64,000 nt of DNA from NCBI GenBank assembly GCA_965219345.1, contig OZ244732.1:32001-96000 (forward strand), read 5' to 3'. Origin of the DNA: Nitrosopumilus sp. (lineage in GTDB: Archaea > Thermoproteota > Nitrososphaeria > Nitrososphaerales > Nitrosopumilaceae). The notes under the pieces were generated by a model. That model did not search any database. It had not been told where the DNA came from and saw only the letters and a program-made list of their open reading frames with translations. Of the stretch, positions 22,331 to 33,146 are shown piece after piece; positions within the stretch are counted from its first letter, which is position 1; each line of letters opens with the position of its first letter. The translations under genes and the position numbers were made by a program.

Positions 22331-22694
22331 AGACAAAGAATAATTTTCTAAATGCCACGCATCATCATCATCGGAATTTTCTTGATTCCATTTATCAAGC
22401 TCAATCCAGTTAGAGCCATCATAAATCTCTAAAATCAAATATTCATTCAAGTCAAGAGAGCGGTCCACATATCTGTAAAACGATAAAAACTCATCTGAAT
22501 AATCAGTCATGTCTAAAGAGACAGATTTTGTCAAAGTACAAACAGTATCACAATCATCGGCTTCTGCCACTTTGTTTGATGCGGTATGATCCGGAGGCAA
22601 TCTGAACTCATCGAATCTATCAGATCTCCAATCAGGTTCTCCTGATTCAATCCAACCATCTAAATTACCATCTTCAAAGTCGTCTGAGAATATT
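22329..22694 (-). repeat. 366-bp paralogous copy of the domain at 16594-16959 (~96% identical)
   Basis: Direct comparison gives about 14 substitutions, many synonymous. Confidence 0.9.
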
Positions 22695-23003
22695 AGACTT
22701 TATGCGTAATCACACTTGCAAATTTTTTTTTTTTTTTTTTTTGTGGCGCAGGCCGTACCAAGCCTGTCTGCACCCGTTGCCCACAGGCCATCCTCAAGTT
22801 CCAGCCGCTCGCGGAGAGAGCTGGCTGCCTTGATGTGCTTGCTGGCTTCCCTGTCCTTCTGCCTGATCGTCCTGTCCTTCTCTTTGAGCTCCCTTTGCAG
22901 CCTTCGTATGGTCTGTTCGGGGGACTCCATTGCATGTGGCGGCGATCAAGGCGGATCTAAATCTTTCGAAAAATTTGCAAGTGGCGATTATGCATAAAGT
23001 CTA
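22694..23003 (-). mobile_element. MITE family A copy 2, with short coiled-coil ORF 22700-22930
   Basis: TIR TAGACTTTATGCGTAATC extending imperfectly to ~30 bp; T20 tract; ORF similar to 5401-5772. Confidence 0.85.
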
Positions 23004-23020
23004 ATATTAGAATCATAATA

Positions 23021-24106
23021 TCAAATATTGAGAAAACCCCAACCTCGCATGATTAATTTATCAGCAGAAGTTGGCTTTACACAAACTGTTTTACTTTTAT
23101 CATATTTCATAAGAGATACAAAATTAGATTTACAAGATGAATTTTCAACGTTAATTTTAGATATTGTTTTTTGATCTTCAAATTCCAACAGAGGTATAGT
23201 TAGATTATAATCATGATCAAATGCAGTATCACCACTAATCGGAGAAGCAATCTCAAATCTTGAATATTGCGCATTTGCAGATAAATTAAATTCAAAAGTC
23301 TGATAGTTTGAATATTGATGAGTTACTAGATCATCAATATTTTGATAAAGTTCCCAGCCATCTAAAAGTATAAAAAAATTTTGTGTATTTTCTTTGGTTA
23401 CTAATGGTAATACAGTATAGGGAACATCAATAGTGAAAACAGTGTCAGAAGTAACATTTTGTGTTTCTATTAAAAATTCAGAAATATTAAAATTACAAAA
23501 TCTTTTAATTTCACCACTGCCAAGTGTATAATTTAACATTATTTCTCTTCCTAAACATCTTGTATCATAAATCTCATTCAAAGTTGGAAGGTGAATTTCT
23601 GCACTTTTTTGACCTGATTCAACTAAGCCAATACACCAATTAGGTTCTGAATAATCCACATCATCAATAATTGCAAAAGTGCCAAAATATTCTATATACG
23701 TTATTGGTTCTAACCAAGTAAATTCTAAAGTTCTTGATTCATCTGTTTGAGAAATTTGTGTAACTGATGCTAGTGATTTAAACGAATCAATATTTGTAGT
23801 CAAGCTCCTAATATTACTACAAGATTCATAGTCAAAATGCTTTAGATCAATGTTGTTTTTTGGAATAGTTATTGTAAGGCTTCCCGATTCTTGTGCGTCA
23901 AGATAAATTTTGTACCATAGATAGTTAGGTTCTGCACAAAACTGTAAAAATTCTCCATTTGTAATTGAATGTTCTAATGGCGTGATTATTTTATATTGAT
24001 ATTGATTTGATAAGGAATACTCCTCTTCACATCCTAATTCTGCATAAACCTCAGGTATTGTTAGTACAGCTAAAATAATAATTGCACAATATCCTAATTT
24101 TTTCAT
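23021..24106 (-). CDS. Secreted surface protein with two repeated domains and C-terminal C..CVKPxxAxKLxxRGW motif
   Basis: Signal peptide; CKSNFVSLMKYDKSKTVCVKPTSADKLIMRGWG. Confidence 0.75.
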   Translation of the reverse strand: MKKLGYCAIIILAVLTIPEVYAELGCEEEYSLSNQYQYKIITPLEHSITNGEFLQFCAEPNYLWYKIYLDAQESGSLTITIPKNNIDLKHFDYESCSNIRSLTTNIDSFKSLASVTQISQTDESRTLEFTWLEPITYIEYFGTFAIIDDVDYSEPNWCIGLVESGQKSAEIHLPTLNEIYDTRCLGREIMLNYTLGSGEIKRFCNFNISEFLIETQNVTSDTVFTIDVPYTVLPLVTKENTQNFFILLDGWELYQNIDDLVTHQYSNYQTFEFNLSANAQYSRFEIASPISGDTAFDHDYNLTIPLLEFEDQKTISKINVENSSCKSNFVSLMKYDKSKTVCVKPTSADKLIMRGWGFLNI

Positions 24107-24154
24107 TAATAAAATAAATATTTAGTTATTATTACAAATAACTTTCTATATTTT

Positions 24155-25334
24155 TAGTCTGTTGCACAACCTCCACACCCATGGCTTGGTAACACCTTAC
24201 AGTGCAGGTTCACGCCGTGCTACATCAGGCCCATCCTCCCCTTGACGTAATCATGTTGTACGTGGCGACCTTGAGCATGATCTCGTGGATCATATTCTCC
24301 CGCTTTGCTGCCATCACATACTCGCCAAATATCCTCTTAAAGGCAGAAAACACGATCTCCACTATCCAGCGCCTTCCGTATCTCACCCTACTCTTCCACT
24401 TTTTCTGGTTCTCCTCTTTCTGTTTGCTTGTAAGCGTTCCCACGGGGCTGACAGGCGACCCTCCAAGCTGATCCCGCACTGCCAGCCCCCACGCATCGCC
24501 GGATCCCTTGCCGCGTGCAGTGGAGTTGATCCTAAGCCGGATGAGTGGGGCGTGATGCCGCGGTTCTTGCACTATTTGTGGATATTTTGTGATGCATATG
24601 CGCCGTCCTCGTCCCCAAAGGCATCTCGATCACGGCGGCCGCCTCGGCATCTGCACCTTTGGCTGCATTCTGTTGTCCTGATCCTGCCGTATCAGGCTCC
24701 GCCTGGTTCAGCAGGGGGACAAACGTCTTGGAATCCCCCACAGAGCCGTCTGTGATCTTCAGCGAGAGGATCAGTCCCGTGTCGGTGTCTGCCAGCGCAT
24801 GCATCTTGATAAACCCGCGCCTGACCTTCCACTTTTTATTTATCCACTCCCCCCCTGTTGGCCACCTTGATGCCTGTTGCATCGACTGCATAGAACATGC
24901 CTGGTGCCGTCCCTTGCAGTAACGGCAACCATGCTGCCCATGGCCTGGACGCTGAGACCACGAATTCTCCTGAACATGGTGGTGTGATCCGGTATTGGAA
25001 CGCCGGGCATCATCTCTGATACCATGCTCGCAGCTGCCTGTAGGGTATCTGCGCCATGGATCTTATGATGGCAATTGATGCAAACAGGGACTGCATACAG
25101 GAACGGCGCCCCGTTCTTGCGGCAGTTTGCAGATTTCAGCTCCTGCTCCCACCCCGGATTCTGGTGCATGGCAAGCATCCTGCCACGCTCCACGTACTTT
25201 GCGTTGTCTGTAGATGCCACTGTGTATGGTTGGCAGGTTACCTGATCCAAGTGTCTTTTGGCGCACCAATGTCTGTCCAATGGTAAAAATTGTTGGCATC
25301 AGTCAGGTTTTAGGCGTAGTTGTGCAACAGACTA
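24155..25334 (-). mobile_element. Degenerate IS5-family element with frameshifted transposase
   Basis: 16-bp perfect TIR TAGTCTGTTGCACAAC; fragments PDHTT, GEW..RRGFIKMH, YGRRWIVEIVFSAFKRIFGE in different frames. Confidence 0.88.
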
Positions 25335-25349
25335 TAATGAAGAACCAAA

Positions 25350-26426
25350 CTATGGGTTTATCACAGCACGGCCAATGATTTTTCGTGCTTTGAGATCTTC
25401 CAAGGCAGTGTTTGCCTCATCTAGAGCATATCTTTTTGATATGACCGGTTTTATTACGCCTTTTTTTGCTAACTCGATCAATTCAACCATGTCATTATAG
25501 TTACCAGTATAAGCACCCTGAATAGTAATGGATTTGAGTGGAATTGTCACAAGTGATAATTCCAGAGAGCCTCCAAAAAGTCCAACAAGTACTAGGTTTC
25601 CCCTTTTCCGTAAAACTCCCAGCCCCGTTTTTACAGTTTGAGGGGCATTTACAAAGTCGATAACACTATCAGCTCCTTTGCCATTACAAATGGAAATTAT
25701 TTTTTCTGTTGGAGTTCCAATTCCAGAAGCTAAAGACCCAGTTACATTAGTATTTACAACAAAATCTGCGCCCATCTTTTTTGCGGTTTCAAATTTTTTG
25801 TCATCATTATCAATGCAGATGATTTTGGCTTTAGTTATTGCTTTTGCAATTTGAATTGCCATCAATCCTAACCCACCAGCCCCAATTATCAATAAAAATT
25901 CAGGTGAATTTGCATTTGCTTTTTTTACAGCATTATACGCAGTAAGTCCAGAACAAGCAAGCGAAGTTGCAGAGTCTAGATCAACACCATCAAGTTTTGC
26001 TAAATATTTAGAATCTGGAATTAAAGCATAATCAGAATACCCGCCATCTTGAAAAACACCCATTGACTTTGGGATATCACATAGATTTTCATTTCCTACT
26101 TTACATGCAGGACATTCTCCACAACCTATCCAGGGAAAAACTAGAACTTCATCTCCTTTGGATATTCCAGAAACACCATCACCAATTTCTTCAACAGTGC
26201 CAGCAATCTCATGCCCAGGAGTTACGGGATATTTTACACCTCTATCTGTAACTTTCATAAATTGTCCATCTCCAAGATCGTAGCCACCTTCCCACAAGTG
26301 TAAATCACTATGACAGACACCCACAGATTGTACTTTAACTAAAACCTGATTTCCTTGAGGTTTTGGTGTCTCAAACTCTAATACTGCAAGAGGCTCATTA
26401 GGGCCTGTGATTCTGACAGATTTCAT
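25350..26426 (-). CDS. Zinc-dependent alcohol dehydrogenase
   Basis: GVCHSD, GHE, CGECPAC..C, GAGGLG. Confidence 0.93.
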   Translation of the reverse strand: MKSVRITGPNEPLAVLEFETPKPQGNQVLVKVQSVGVCHSDLHLWEGGYDLGDGQFMKVTDRGVKYPVTPGHEIAGTVEEIGDGVSGISKGDEVLVFPWIGCGECPACKVGNENLCDIPKSMGVFQDGGYSDYALIPDSKYLAKLDGVDLDSATSLACSGLTAYNAVKKANANSPEFLLIIGAGGLGLMAIQIAKAITKAKIICIDNDDKKFETAKKMGADFVVNTNVTGSLASGIGTPTEKIISICNGKGADSVIDFVNAPQTVKTGLGVLRKRGNLVLVGLFGGSLELSLVTIPLKSITIQGAYTGNYNDMVELIELAKKGVIKPVISKRYALDEANTALEDLKARKIIGRAVINP

Positions 26427-26520
26427 AGACTGATTTTTTGTCATAACAATATAAGAGTTGACTGGAAGTGAGAAAAAAATAGAGCCTTTAGATATTATGG
26501 AATATGGCAGAAATAATTAT

Positions 26521-27198
26521 GTGAGTGACCCACAAACTCCCAATAGCATTTCTCAAGAACCAGTGAATATTCTATTCAGTCCATCATCTGTTGCTAAAAA
26601 AGACGTTTGGGATATTGACTTGATTCAAATTTTAAACTTGTTGATAAAAATTCTAGAAAAATCAGGTAAAAAGGATCTCAAAGTTGCAGGAATGGCAGCA
26701 TTATCATCATCATTAATCTATAGAATGAAAGTTGAAAGTATTTTTGCATTACAAAGAGCAGCAATGGAGAAAAAACCAATGCATCAAAGAACAGATATAG
26801 ATATTCAATTAATCGACATTCCATTCAGGCATGAATCGACATATCCAGTCTCATTAGATGATTTACTTGGACTGCTTCAAAACCTCATTGGCACAATTGC
26901 TAATCCTCAATCAAGAAGAAACAGGCGTTTAGAGATTGAGCCAATTGAGGCACCGGATTTCCAAGAATATTTCATTTCACTTGAAAGTATTATTGGAAAA
27001 TATGAAGACTTGGTGATGAAGAAAATTTCATTGAAAGGATTTGGATTGCTTCAAGACATAATTACAGAACTAGATGAAATTGATTCAATCAGATGTTTCT
27101 TTGCAATATTATTTTTAGCCAGAGACCAAAAGGTAGATCTTGAGCAGGTTGAAGAGGACATCAAAATTACTGTAATAAAAGAAGAATTAACAAACTGA
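26521..27198 (+). CDS. scpA: Segregation/condensation protein A (kleisin)
   Basis: DVWDIDL, FFAILFLA..VDLEQ; upstream of scpB. Confidence 0.85.
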   Translation: MSDPQTPNSISQEPVNILFSPSSVAKKDVWDIDLIQILNLLIKILEKSGKKDLKVAGMAALSSSLIYRMKVESIFALQRAAMEKKPMHQRTDIDIQLIDIPFRHESTYPVSLDDLLGLLQNLIGTIANPQSRRNRRLEIEPIEAPDFQEYFISLESIIGKYEDLVMKKISLKGFGLLQDIITELDEIDSIRCFFAILFLARDQKVDLEQVEEDIKITVIKEELTN

Positions 27199-27251
27199 TC
27201 AATAATGGAGAAAAGATTTCTTTAACTAGATTTTAGAGGAGAGGTTGATAA

Positions 27252-27830
27252 TTGGCTAAAATTTCGAATTTGGATGAAGCAACGGCAAGAATTGAAGCAG
27301 CACTTTACTCAGCTGGTAGGCCTCTTAGAACAGAAGATCTAATCAGAGCCTCAGGCACAGAATCTAGAACCAAGACACTGGAATTACTCAAGAACATTAT
27401 GAAAAATACAAAGTCAGCATTCAAAGCACTTGAAGTAGTCATACTTCCAGATGGTTCATACGTATTTCAGTTAAAGCCAGAATACAGTTCTACGGTGAAA
27501 AGATATGCTTCGAAGCCTGTTCTTCCAAATGCAACACTAAAGACATTATCATATATTGCATATAGCCAGCCAATCTCATCAAAACAACTTGTCGAAATAA
27601 GGGGAACAGGTGTTTATGCACACCTAAAAGAACTACGACAATTAGATTACATCAGTAATCAAAATGTTGGAAGATTAAGAATTTACACGACAACAGAAAA
27701 GTTCCAAAAGTATTTCGGAATTCAAGGAGATGCAGAAGATCTAAAACAAAGACTTTTCTCCAAAGTTAGGAAAACAGCAAGTATGAGCCAAGCAAATTCC
27801 ACTCCTCAAATCGTTACAGAGCTAAACTAA
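27252..27830 (+). CDS. scpB: SMC-Scp complex subunit ScpB
   Basis: IEAALY, TLSYIAYSQPI, EIRG, YTTTEKFQKYFG. Confidence 0.93.
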   Translation: MAKISNLDEATARIEAALYSAGRPLRTEDLIRASGTESRTKTLELLKNIMKNTKSAFKALEVVILPDGSYVFQLKPEYSSTVKRYASKPVLPNATLKTLSYIAYSQPISSKQLVEIRGTGVYAHLKELRQLDYISNQNVGRLRIYTTTEKFQKYFGIQGDAEDLKQRLFSKVRKTASMSQANSTPQIVTELN

Positions 27831-27898
27831 GTAGATTTTTTGGCCCAGGCCTAATTTTTTGCGTTTTGTATAAATTAGAGTGATTCAGACAAGTTTTT

Positions 27899-28282
27899 GT
27901 GAAAAAGTGCGTGGAGAATTTAGCAACCAGTAAAATTACTGGAGGAAGAAGACACCCACTTAGAATTAGACGAAAGTATGAAACGGATAGATATCCAAAT
28001 GAACCTGTCAATGGAGCTCAAGTAACAATAACAAGACATGTACGTGGGAATAATAGAAAAACAGCTTTGAAAACAATCGACTTTGTTAATCTAGCTACAG
28101 GAGATGCTAAAGTTAAGAAGACAAAAATTCTCAAAGTTTTAGATAATGCTACAAATAATGATTACAAAAGACGCGGTATTATTACAAAAGGTGCAATACT
28201 AGAAATACAAGAAGGTAAATGTAGAGTAGTTTCCAAACCAGGGCAAATTGGAATAGTTAACGCAGTTTTACTAAAGGAGTAA
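27899..28282 (+). CDS. rps8e: 30S ribosomal protein S8e
   Basis: KITGGRR, RGNNRK, IITKGAI, SKPGQIGIVNAV. Confidence 0.95.
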   Translation: MKKCVENLATSKITGGRRHPLRIRRKYETDRYPNEPVNGAQVTITRHVRGNNRKTALKTIDFVNLATGDAKVKKTKILKVLDNATNNDYKRRGIITKGAILEIQEGKCRVVSKPGQIGIVNAVLLKE

Positions 28283-28283
28283 A

Positions 28284-28583
28284 ATGAAAGATTACGAACA
28301 CATCGTAATCTGGTTGGATTATTTTAACAAGAATTTAAAAAAATCAAAAGGAAGAAGACAGGGATTAGAAAAATGTATTTTTGATCCTTCATTAAAAGAA
28401 TTAATTGATGCAACAAAAGCTGCGGGATTTGAAATAACAGAGTCTGATGATAAAGTAAGATTTCCTAAAAGACCATTTGTCAGGTCTGGGTATGTTGTTT
28501 TGCCAAAAGGATCCTCTAAAACAAAAATTCTTAACAAAATTTCTGAAAAACTAGTTTTGAAAAGGTCAAAACAATCAAAATAA
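28284..28583 (+). CDS. srp19: Signal recognition particle 19 kDa protein
   Basis: VIWLDYF..SKGRR..P. Confidence 0.88.
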   Translation: MKDYEHIVIWLDYFNKNLKKSKGRRQGLEKCIFDPSLKELIDATKAAGFEITESDDKVRFPKRPFVRSGYVVLPKGSSKTKILNKISEKLVLKRSKQSK

Positions 28584-28655
28584 AATCAAATCTAGCTCTT
28601 GCTAAAGTAAAGTTGACAGAAGTCTATGATAGGAATATCATGTTAGTTATTTTAA

Positions 28656-28925
28656 TTGCAGGAGGTAGGCGAAATAATGCACCTAGCTGGTAGTGGCAGG
28701 GTTATCGTTCAACTATCTAACAAACTAGTTGAAGGACAAATACTCTGCGACGAAAAGGGAACTAGAGTTGCAAAAGTAATGGAATTGATTGGTCCAGTAA
28801 AAAGACCATTTGCATCAGCAACTCCGTTAACAAATAATATCAAAAAATACATTGGCAAAAGTGTTTTCGCATCCGAACAACCTCCTGCTAGTACACCAAA
28901 AAAATTTAGGAGAAGAAAAAAATGA
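28656..28925 (+). CDS. gar1: H/ACA RNP component Gar1
   Basis: VAKVMELIGPVKRPF; srp19-gar1-tfb synteny. Confidence 0.85.
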   Translation: MQEVGEIMHLAGSGRVIVQLSNKLVEGQILCDEKGTRVAKVMELIGPVKRPFASATPLTNNIKKYIGKSVFASEQPPASTPKKFRRRKK

Positions 28926-29878
28926 ACTTACTAGAAACCAAAAGCTGTCCTGAATGTAAATCAACATTAGTTGATGACATACAGAATGGCGAAATAATCT
29001 GTTCTGGTTGTGGCGTTGTAGTCGCTGACCAGATTGCAGACTTTGGTCCAGAAACAATTAGTTCGAATCTTGAAGACAAAATGAAGCTAGCAAGAGCGAC
29101 AGGACAAACAACGTATTCTCAACATGACTTGGGAATAACGACTGAGATCTCACTTGGTGCAAAGGACTTTAGTGGAAAAACAATCAACCATGAAGTTGCA
29201 AATCAAATGCATAATCTCAGAAAATGGCAACAAAGAATACGAGTTTCCTCACCAAGAGAAAGAAGACTTGCAAATGTTTTAGCAAAAATGGGCGAAACAT
29301 GTGATGGTCTTAATCTTTCAAAGAACGTATTGGAAACTGCTTCTATGATATACAGAAACTTGGATGGACATGTCGATGTAAAAGGAAAATCGGTAGTTAG
29401 TATTACAGCTGCTACAATTTACATGGCATGTAAACAATGTGACGTAATAAGATCACTAGAAGAAATTTGCCGAGGAATATGTCCATCAAAAGATGTCAAA
29501 TCAAAAACAAAACTTGCAGCAAGATACTATAGAATCATGGTAATGGAAATGGGGCAATTTACAGCCCCAGTCGTAACCATGGACAAATACATCTCAAAGA
29601 TAGCAAATATGACACAGACTGAGGTTAGAGTAGAAAGACTAGCCTTGGAAATTGCAGAAAAAACCAAAGATAGTAGCATTTCAGATGGAAAGGCTCCAAA
29701 CGGAATTGCAGCAGCATATCTGTATGTTGCATCAGTCCTGCTTGGACAAAACATACTTCAAAGAGACGTTTCAAGTGTTGCAGGAGTCACAGAAGTTACT
29801 ATCAGAAATAGATGTAAAGAGATTCTAACAAGTCACAAACTCAAAATTACTTTGAGACCATCTCTGACCAAAAATTAA
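28922..29878 (+). CDS. tfb: Transcription initiation factor IIB
   Basis: Zn ribbon CPEC/CSGCG, cyclin repeats, GVTEVTIRNR. Confidence 0.95.
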   Translation: MNLLETKSCPECKSTLVDDIQNGEIICSGCGVVVADQIADFGPETISSNLEDKMKLARATGQTTYSQHDLGITTEISLGAKDFSGKTINHEVANQMHNLRKWQQRIRVSSPRERRLANVLAKMGETCDGLNLSKNVLETASMIYRNLDGHVDVKGKSVVSITAATIYMACKQCDVIRSLEEICRGICPSKDVKSKTKLAARYYRIMVMEMGQFTAPVVTMDKYISKIANMTQTEVRVERLALEIAEKTKDSSISDGKAPNGIAAAYLYVASVLLGQNILQRDVSSVAGVTEVTIRNRCKEILTSHKLKITLRPSLTKN

Positions 29879-29967
29879 TCCCCCCCCTTCATTTTATTAC
29901 AAAGAGTTACCGTTAGGATTAGCTAAATTTCGTCGGCATTATATAGTGAAACAAAATACAGCGCAAC

Positions 29968-30738
29968 ATGGCAGTATTAGAAATAAAAGATCTTCATGTA
30001 TCAAGAGAAGGTAAAGAAATTCTCAAAGGAGTAAATCTAAAAACAGGTCCTGGACAAGTACATGCCATTATGGGACCAAATGGTTCAGGAAAAAGTACAC
30101 TAGCTTATACATTGCTTGGACATCCAAAATATCAAGTTACACAAGGAGATATTTTGATTGATGGTGAAAGCATTTTAGATTTGAAGGCAGATGAAAGAGC
30201 AAAGAAAGGATTATTCTTGGGATTTCAATACCCAACAGAAGTTTCAGGTGTAGGATTTTCTCACTTTCTTAGAACAGCTTACAACTCTTTAAGCAAAGCA
30301 CTAGAAGGAGACGATAGAGAAGTATTCATTACAGTAAGAGAATTTCAAAAATATCTAAAAGAAAACCTGGCTAAAGTGGGGTTAAAAGAAGAATTTCTTT
30401 CAAGATATCTTAACGAAGGATTCTCAGGAGGAGAGAAAAAACGTGCAGAAGTTTTACAAATGGCAGTGTTAAAACCAAAAATTGCAATTTTAGATGAACC
30501 AGATTCAGGTTTAGATATTGATGCTGTTCAAGCAGTGGCAAAAGCAATTAGTCAAGTATCTGGGAAAGAGGCAACTACAATTATAATTACTCACTATGCT
30601 AGAATTCTAAAATTCTTAGACAAACTAGACTTTGTTCATGTATTTGCAGAAGGAAAAGTCTTGAAAACAGGTGATGCAACCCTTGCAGACAAACTAGAAG
30701 CAGAGGGTTATGAATGGGTCATAAAACAAACAGCCTAA
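29968..30738 (+). CDS. sufC: Fe-S cluster assembly ATPase SufC
   Basis: GPNGSGKST, FSGGEKKR, DEPDSGLDID. Confidence 0.95.
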   Translation: MAVLEIKDLHVSREGKEILKGVNLKTGPGQVHAIMGPNGSGKSTLAYTLLGHPKYQVTQGDILIDGESILDLKADERAKKGLFLGFQYPTEVSGVGFSHFLRTAYNSLSKALEGDDREVFITVREFQKYLKENLAKVGLKEEFLSRYLNEGFSGGEKKRAEVLQMAVLKPKIAILDEPDSGLDIDAVQAVAKAISQVSGKEATTIIITHYARILKFLDKLDFVHVFAEGKVLKTGDATLADKLEAEGYEWVIKQTA

Positions 30739-30772
30739 TCAAATTTAAACAGAACATTTTTTTGAAAAACTA

Positions 30773-30985
30773 TTGATTTACAAAGTTAAAGTAGAATTTT
30801 CTAAAGAATTTCTAGAAATAAAAGACAATCAAATTAACATTGGAATAAAATCAAAACCAGTCAAGGGATAGGCCAATAAAGAAATCATCAAAAAACTAGC
30901 AAAACATTTTGGATTATTAACTGTGCTTGTTCAGATAAAATCAGGTCACAAATCTAGCGAGAAGATTATAGAAATTCTACAATAA
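30773..30985 (+). pseudogene. DUF167 (YggU-like) protein with in-frame TAG at 30869-30871
   Basis: KSKPVKG*ANKEIIKKLAKHF...IKSGHKSSEKIIEI. Confidence 0.8.
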
Positions 30986-31030
30986 AGAATCTGGTTTTTT
31001 GTTTAAATAGGGTTTCAAGATTGGAAAAAC

Positions 31031-31705
31031 ATGTCTGAAGATAATGATCAATACTATTTCAATTTCTCGTTTTTCAAAGTGGATCCTAAATGGAGATGGA
31101 TGGCAGACCTGGCAAAAGAAGAATCTGCAAAAGAAGTAGAAATTATAATTCAAAATTCTGGAATAATGTTTAGATCATATTCAAATCTAGGATTGAGAGA
31201 TGATGCTGATTTTTTGTTGTGGTTTGCTGCAAAGACAGTTGAGGAAATTCAAATAGTTATTGAAAAATTATACAAAACAGTATTTGGAAAATACATAATT
31301 CCATCTATGACATATTTGTCATGTACACGACCATCAATTTATGTACAAGAACAAAAAGCACATGGATTCATTACAGGAGATAATCCAAAAAAACACGTAA
31401 TTATTTATCCGTTCACAAAGACAAGAGAATGGTATCTTTTACCAAAAGAAAAACGCCAAGAAATAATGGATGAACATATTGAGGTTAGTAAAAAATATCC
31501 ACAAGTTGTACTTAACACTACATACTCTTTTGGAATTCACGATGAGGACTTTATGTTAGCGTTTGAGGTAGATGATATTCGAGATTTTCAAGATCTCATT
31601 ATGGATTTGAGAGAAACACAAGTCTCAACGTATGTCAAAAATGATATTCCAATGATTGTGTGCGTCAAAAAAGATATTGTTCCTTTAATATCAAGCCTAG
31701 GTTAG
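31031..31705 (+). CDS. Chlorite dismutase/coproheme decarboxylase family protein
   Basis: YPFTKTREWYLLP..R.EIMDEH, YSFGIHD. Confidence 0.9.
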   Translation: MSEDNDQYYFNFSFFKVDPKWRWMADLAKEESAKEVEIIIQNSGIMFRSYSNLGLRDDADFLLWFAAKTVEEIQIVIEKLYKTVFGKYIIPSMTYLSCTRPSIYVQEQKAHGFITGDNPKKHVIIYPFTKTREWYLLPKEKRQEIMDEHIEVSKKYPQVVLNTTYSFGIHDEDFMLAFEVDDIRDFQDLIMDLRETQVSTYVKNDIPMIVCVKKDIVPLISSLG

Positions 31706-31802
31706 ATTAATTTCAAAACATTTTCCTTATAAAATCTAAATATCAACGATACAAATCTTGGATAAACATAAATGATGAAATTTAAAATTGAAAAACAGAA
31801 AA

Positions 31803-32801
31803 ATGAATTACAATAAACTAGGAAAAACAGACATCAAAGTATCAGAATTAGGATTTGGTGCATGGGCTATCGCGCTTGATTGGTGGGGCAAGAAGATTGA
31901 AGAAGATGAGGCAAAAAGAATGCTCAAAAAAGCATACGATTTAGGAATCAATTTCTTTGAGACAGGAGACATGTACGGTAAAGGAAAGAGTGAGAGATTG
32001 ATTGGTGAAGTTTTCAAAGATATGAGAGACGAGATTGTTATTTCTACAAAATATGGTTATGATTTTAGAGGAGTAGAACAAATTGGGCATAGTGAGCTTC
32101 CACAGAAATTTGATGAAGATTTTACAAGAATGGCATTAAGAAACAGTTTGCATAGATTACAAACTGATCATCTTGACATGTATGGTTTGCATAATCCAAA
32201 ACTTAACCACATAAGAGATGATTCAATTTTTAATGTACTTGATAGTTTTGTCGCAGATGAAACCATAAAAACATATCAAGTAGCATTAGGCCCGGCTATT
32301 GGTTGGACACAAGAAGGTCTTGAAGCAATGGACAGACCAAACGTTAGTGCAGTTCAAACAGTGTACAACATCTTAGAACAAACCCCAGGGAACGAGCTGA
32401 TGAGAAAAGCTGAGGAAAAAAATGTTGGGATTTTAGTTAGAGTTCCAGAGGCATCAGGAATACTAACAGGAAAAGTAAATGCAGACACAAAAATTGATGA
32501 AAAGGATCACAGATCAGTAAGAAAGGGAGAATGGATCAAGGCATCATTAGAAAAAGTTGAACGACTCAAACCAATTGCGGAAAGAAATGGATTAACCATA
32601 ACAGAATTGGCAATGAAATTTATCATGACAAAGAAAGGATTTGCATCAGTATTTCCTACAATGATTAGTGAAGAAGAAATTATCAATTATGTAGAAATGA
32701 CAAAAGGGGAATACATTTCAACCTCCGATATGGAAGAGATTAATGAATTGTACAATACATGGCCTTCGTATGAATTAAAGACAACACCTCAAGCGAATTA
32801 A
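31803..32801 (+). CDS. Aldo/keto reductase
   Basis: LGKTDIKVSELGFG, GINFFETGDMYG, SLHRLQTD. Confidence 0.92.
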   Translation: MNYNKLGKTDIKVSELGFGAWAIALDWWGKKIEEDEAKRMLKKAYDLGINFFETGDMYGKGKSERLIGEVFKDMRDEIVISTKYGYDFRGVEQIGHSELPQKFDEDFTRMALRNSLHRLQTDHLDMYGLHNPKLNHIRDDSIFNVLDSFVADETIKTYQVALGPAIGWTQEGLEAMDRPNVSAVQTVYNILEQTPGNELMRKAEEKNVGILVRVPEASGILTGKVNADTKIDEKDHRSVRKGEWIKASLEKVERLKPIAERNGLTITELAMKFIMTKKGFASVFPTMISEEEIINYVEMTKGEYISTSDMEEINELYNTWPSYELKTTPQAN

Positions 32802-32807
32802 TCATAA

Positions 32808-33146
32808 ATGGTCATTCCAATAGATTCACAAAAAACACTAGAAATTATAGAGAGAATGAAGCTTGCTAAAATTGGCAAGCATAAAAGATGGGAAGCAATT
32901 ATTAAAAAAATAAAAAATGAACAGTTGCTAAACCCTGGGGAACTCGAATATTATACAAATCTAACAAGGATTTACAAGGATTTAGCCATCACTAGTAGAA
33001 GCAAGATATATCATACAAAACTATCAATGCAAGATGAAAAGCCGCCATGCAAGATCTGTGGTAAAAATTCTCTATACTACTGTAACATGAATGATCAGTA
33101 TTTTTGTACAATTCATGTAGTTGGACATGATGAAAATGAATTCTAA
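32808..33146 (+). CDS. Hypothetical protein with C-terminal Cys/His zinc finger
   Basis: CKIC...C..D..FC..H. Confidence 0.7.
   Translation: MVIPIDSQKTLEIIERMKLAKIGKHKRWEAIIKKIKNEQLLNPGELEYYTNLTRIYKDLAITSRSKIYHTKLSMQDEKPPCKICGKNSLYYCNMNDQYFCTIHVVGHDENEF

Noticed and set aside
16594-22694. Duplicated 366-bp segment as a DGR template/variable repeat pair
   Set aside because: Differences are not adenine-specific, many are synonymous, and no reverse transcriptase is present.
12794-30871. Three in-frame TAG codons (Lrp 12794, pLGIC 13344, DUF167 30869) suggesting amber recoding
   Set aside because: TAG ends several intact genes at their expected positions (eif1a, csp, ykgJ, adh, chlorite dismutase), and the pLGIC gene also has a frameshift and truncation. 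Pseudogenisation is simpler.
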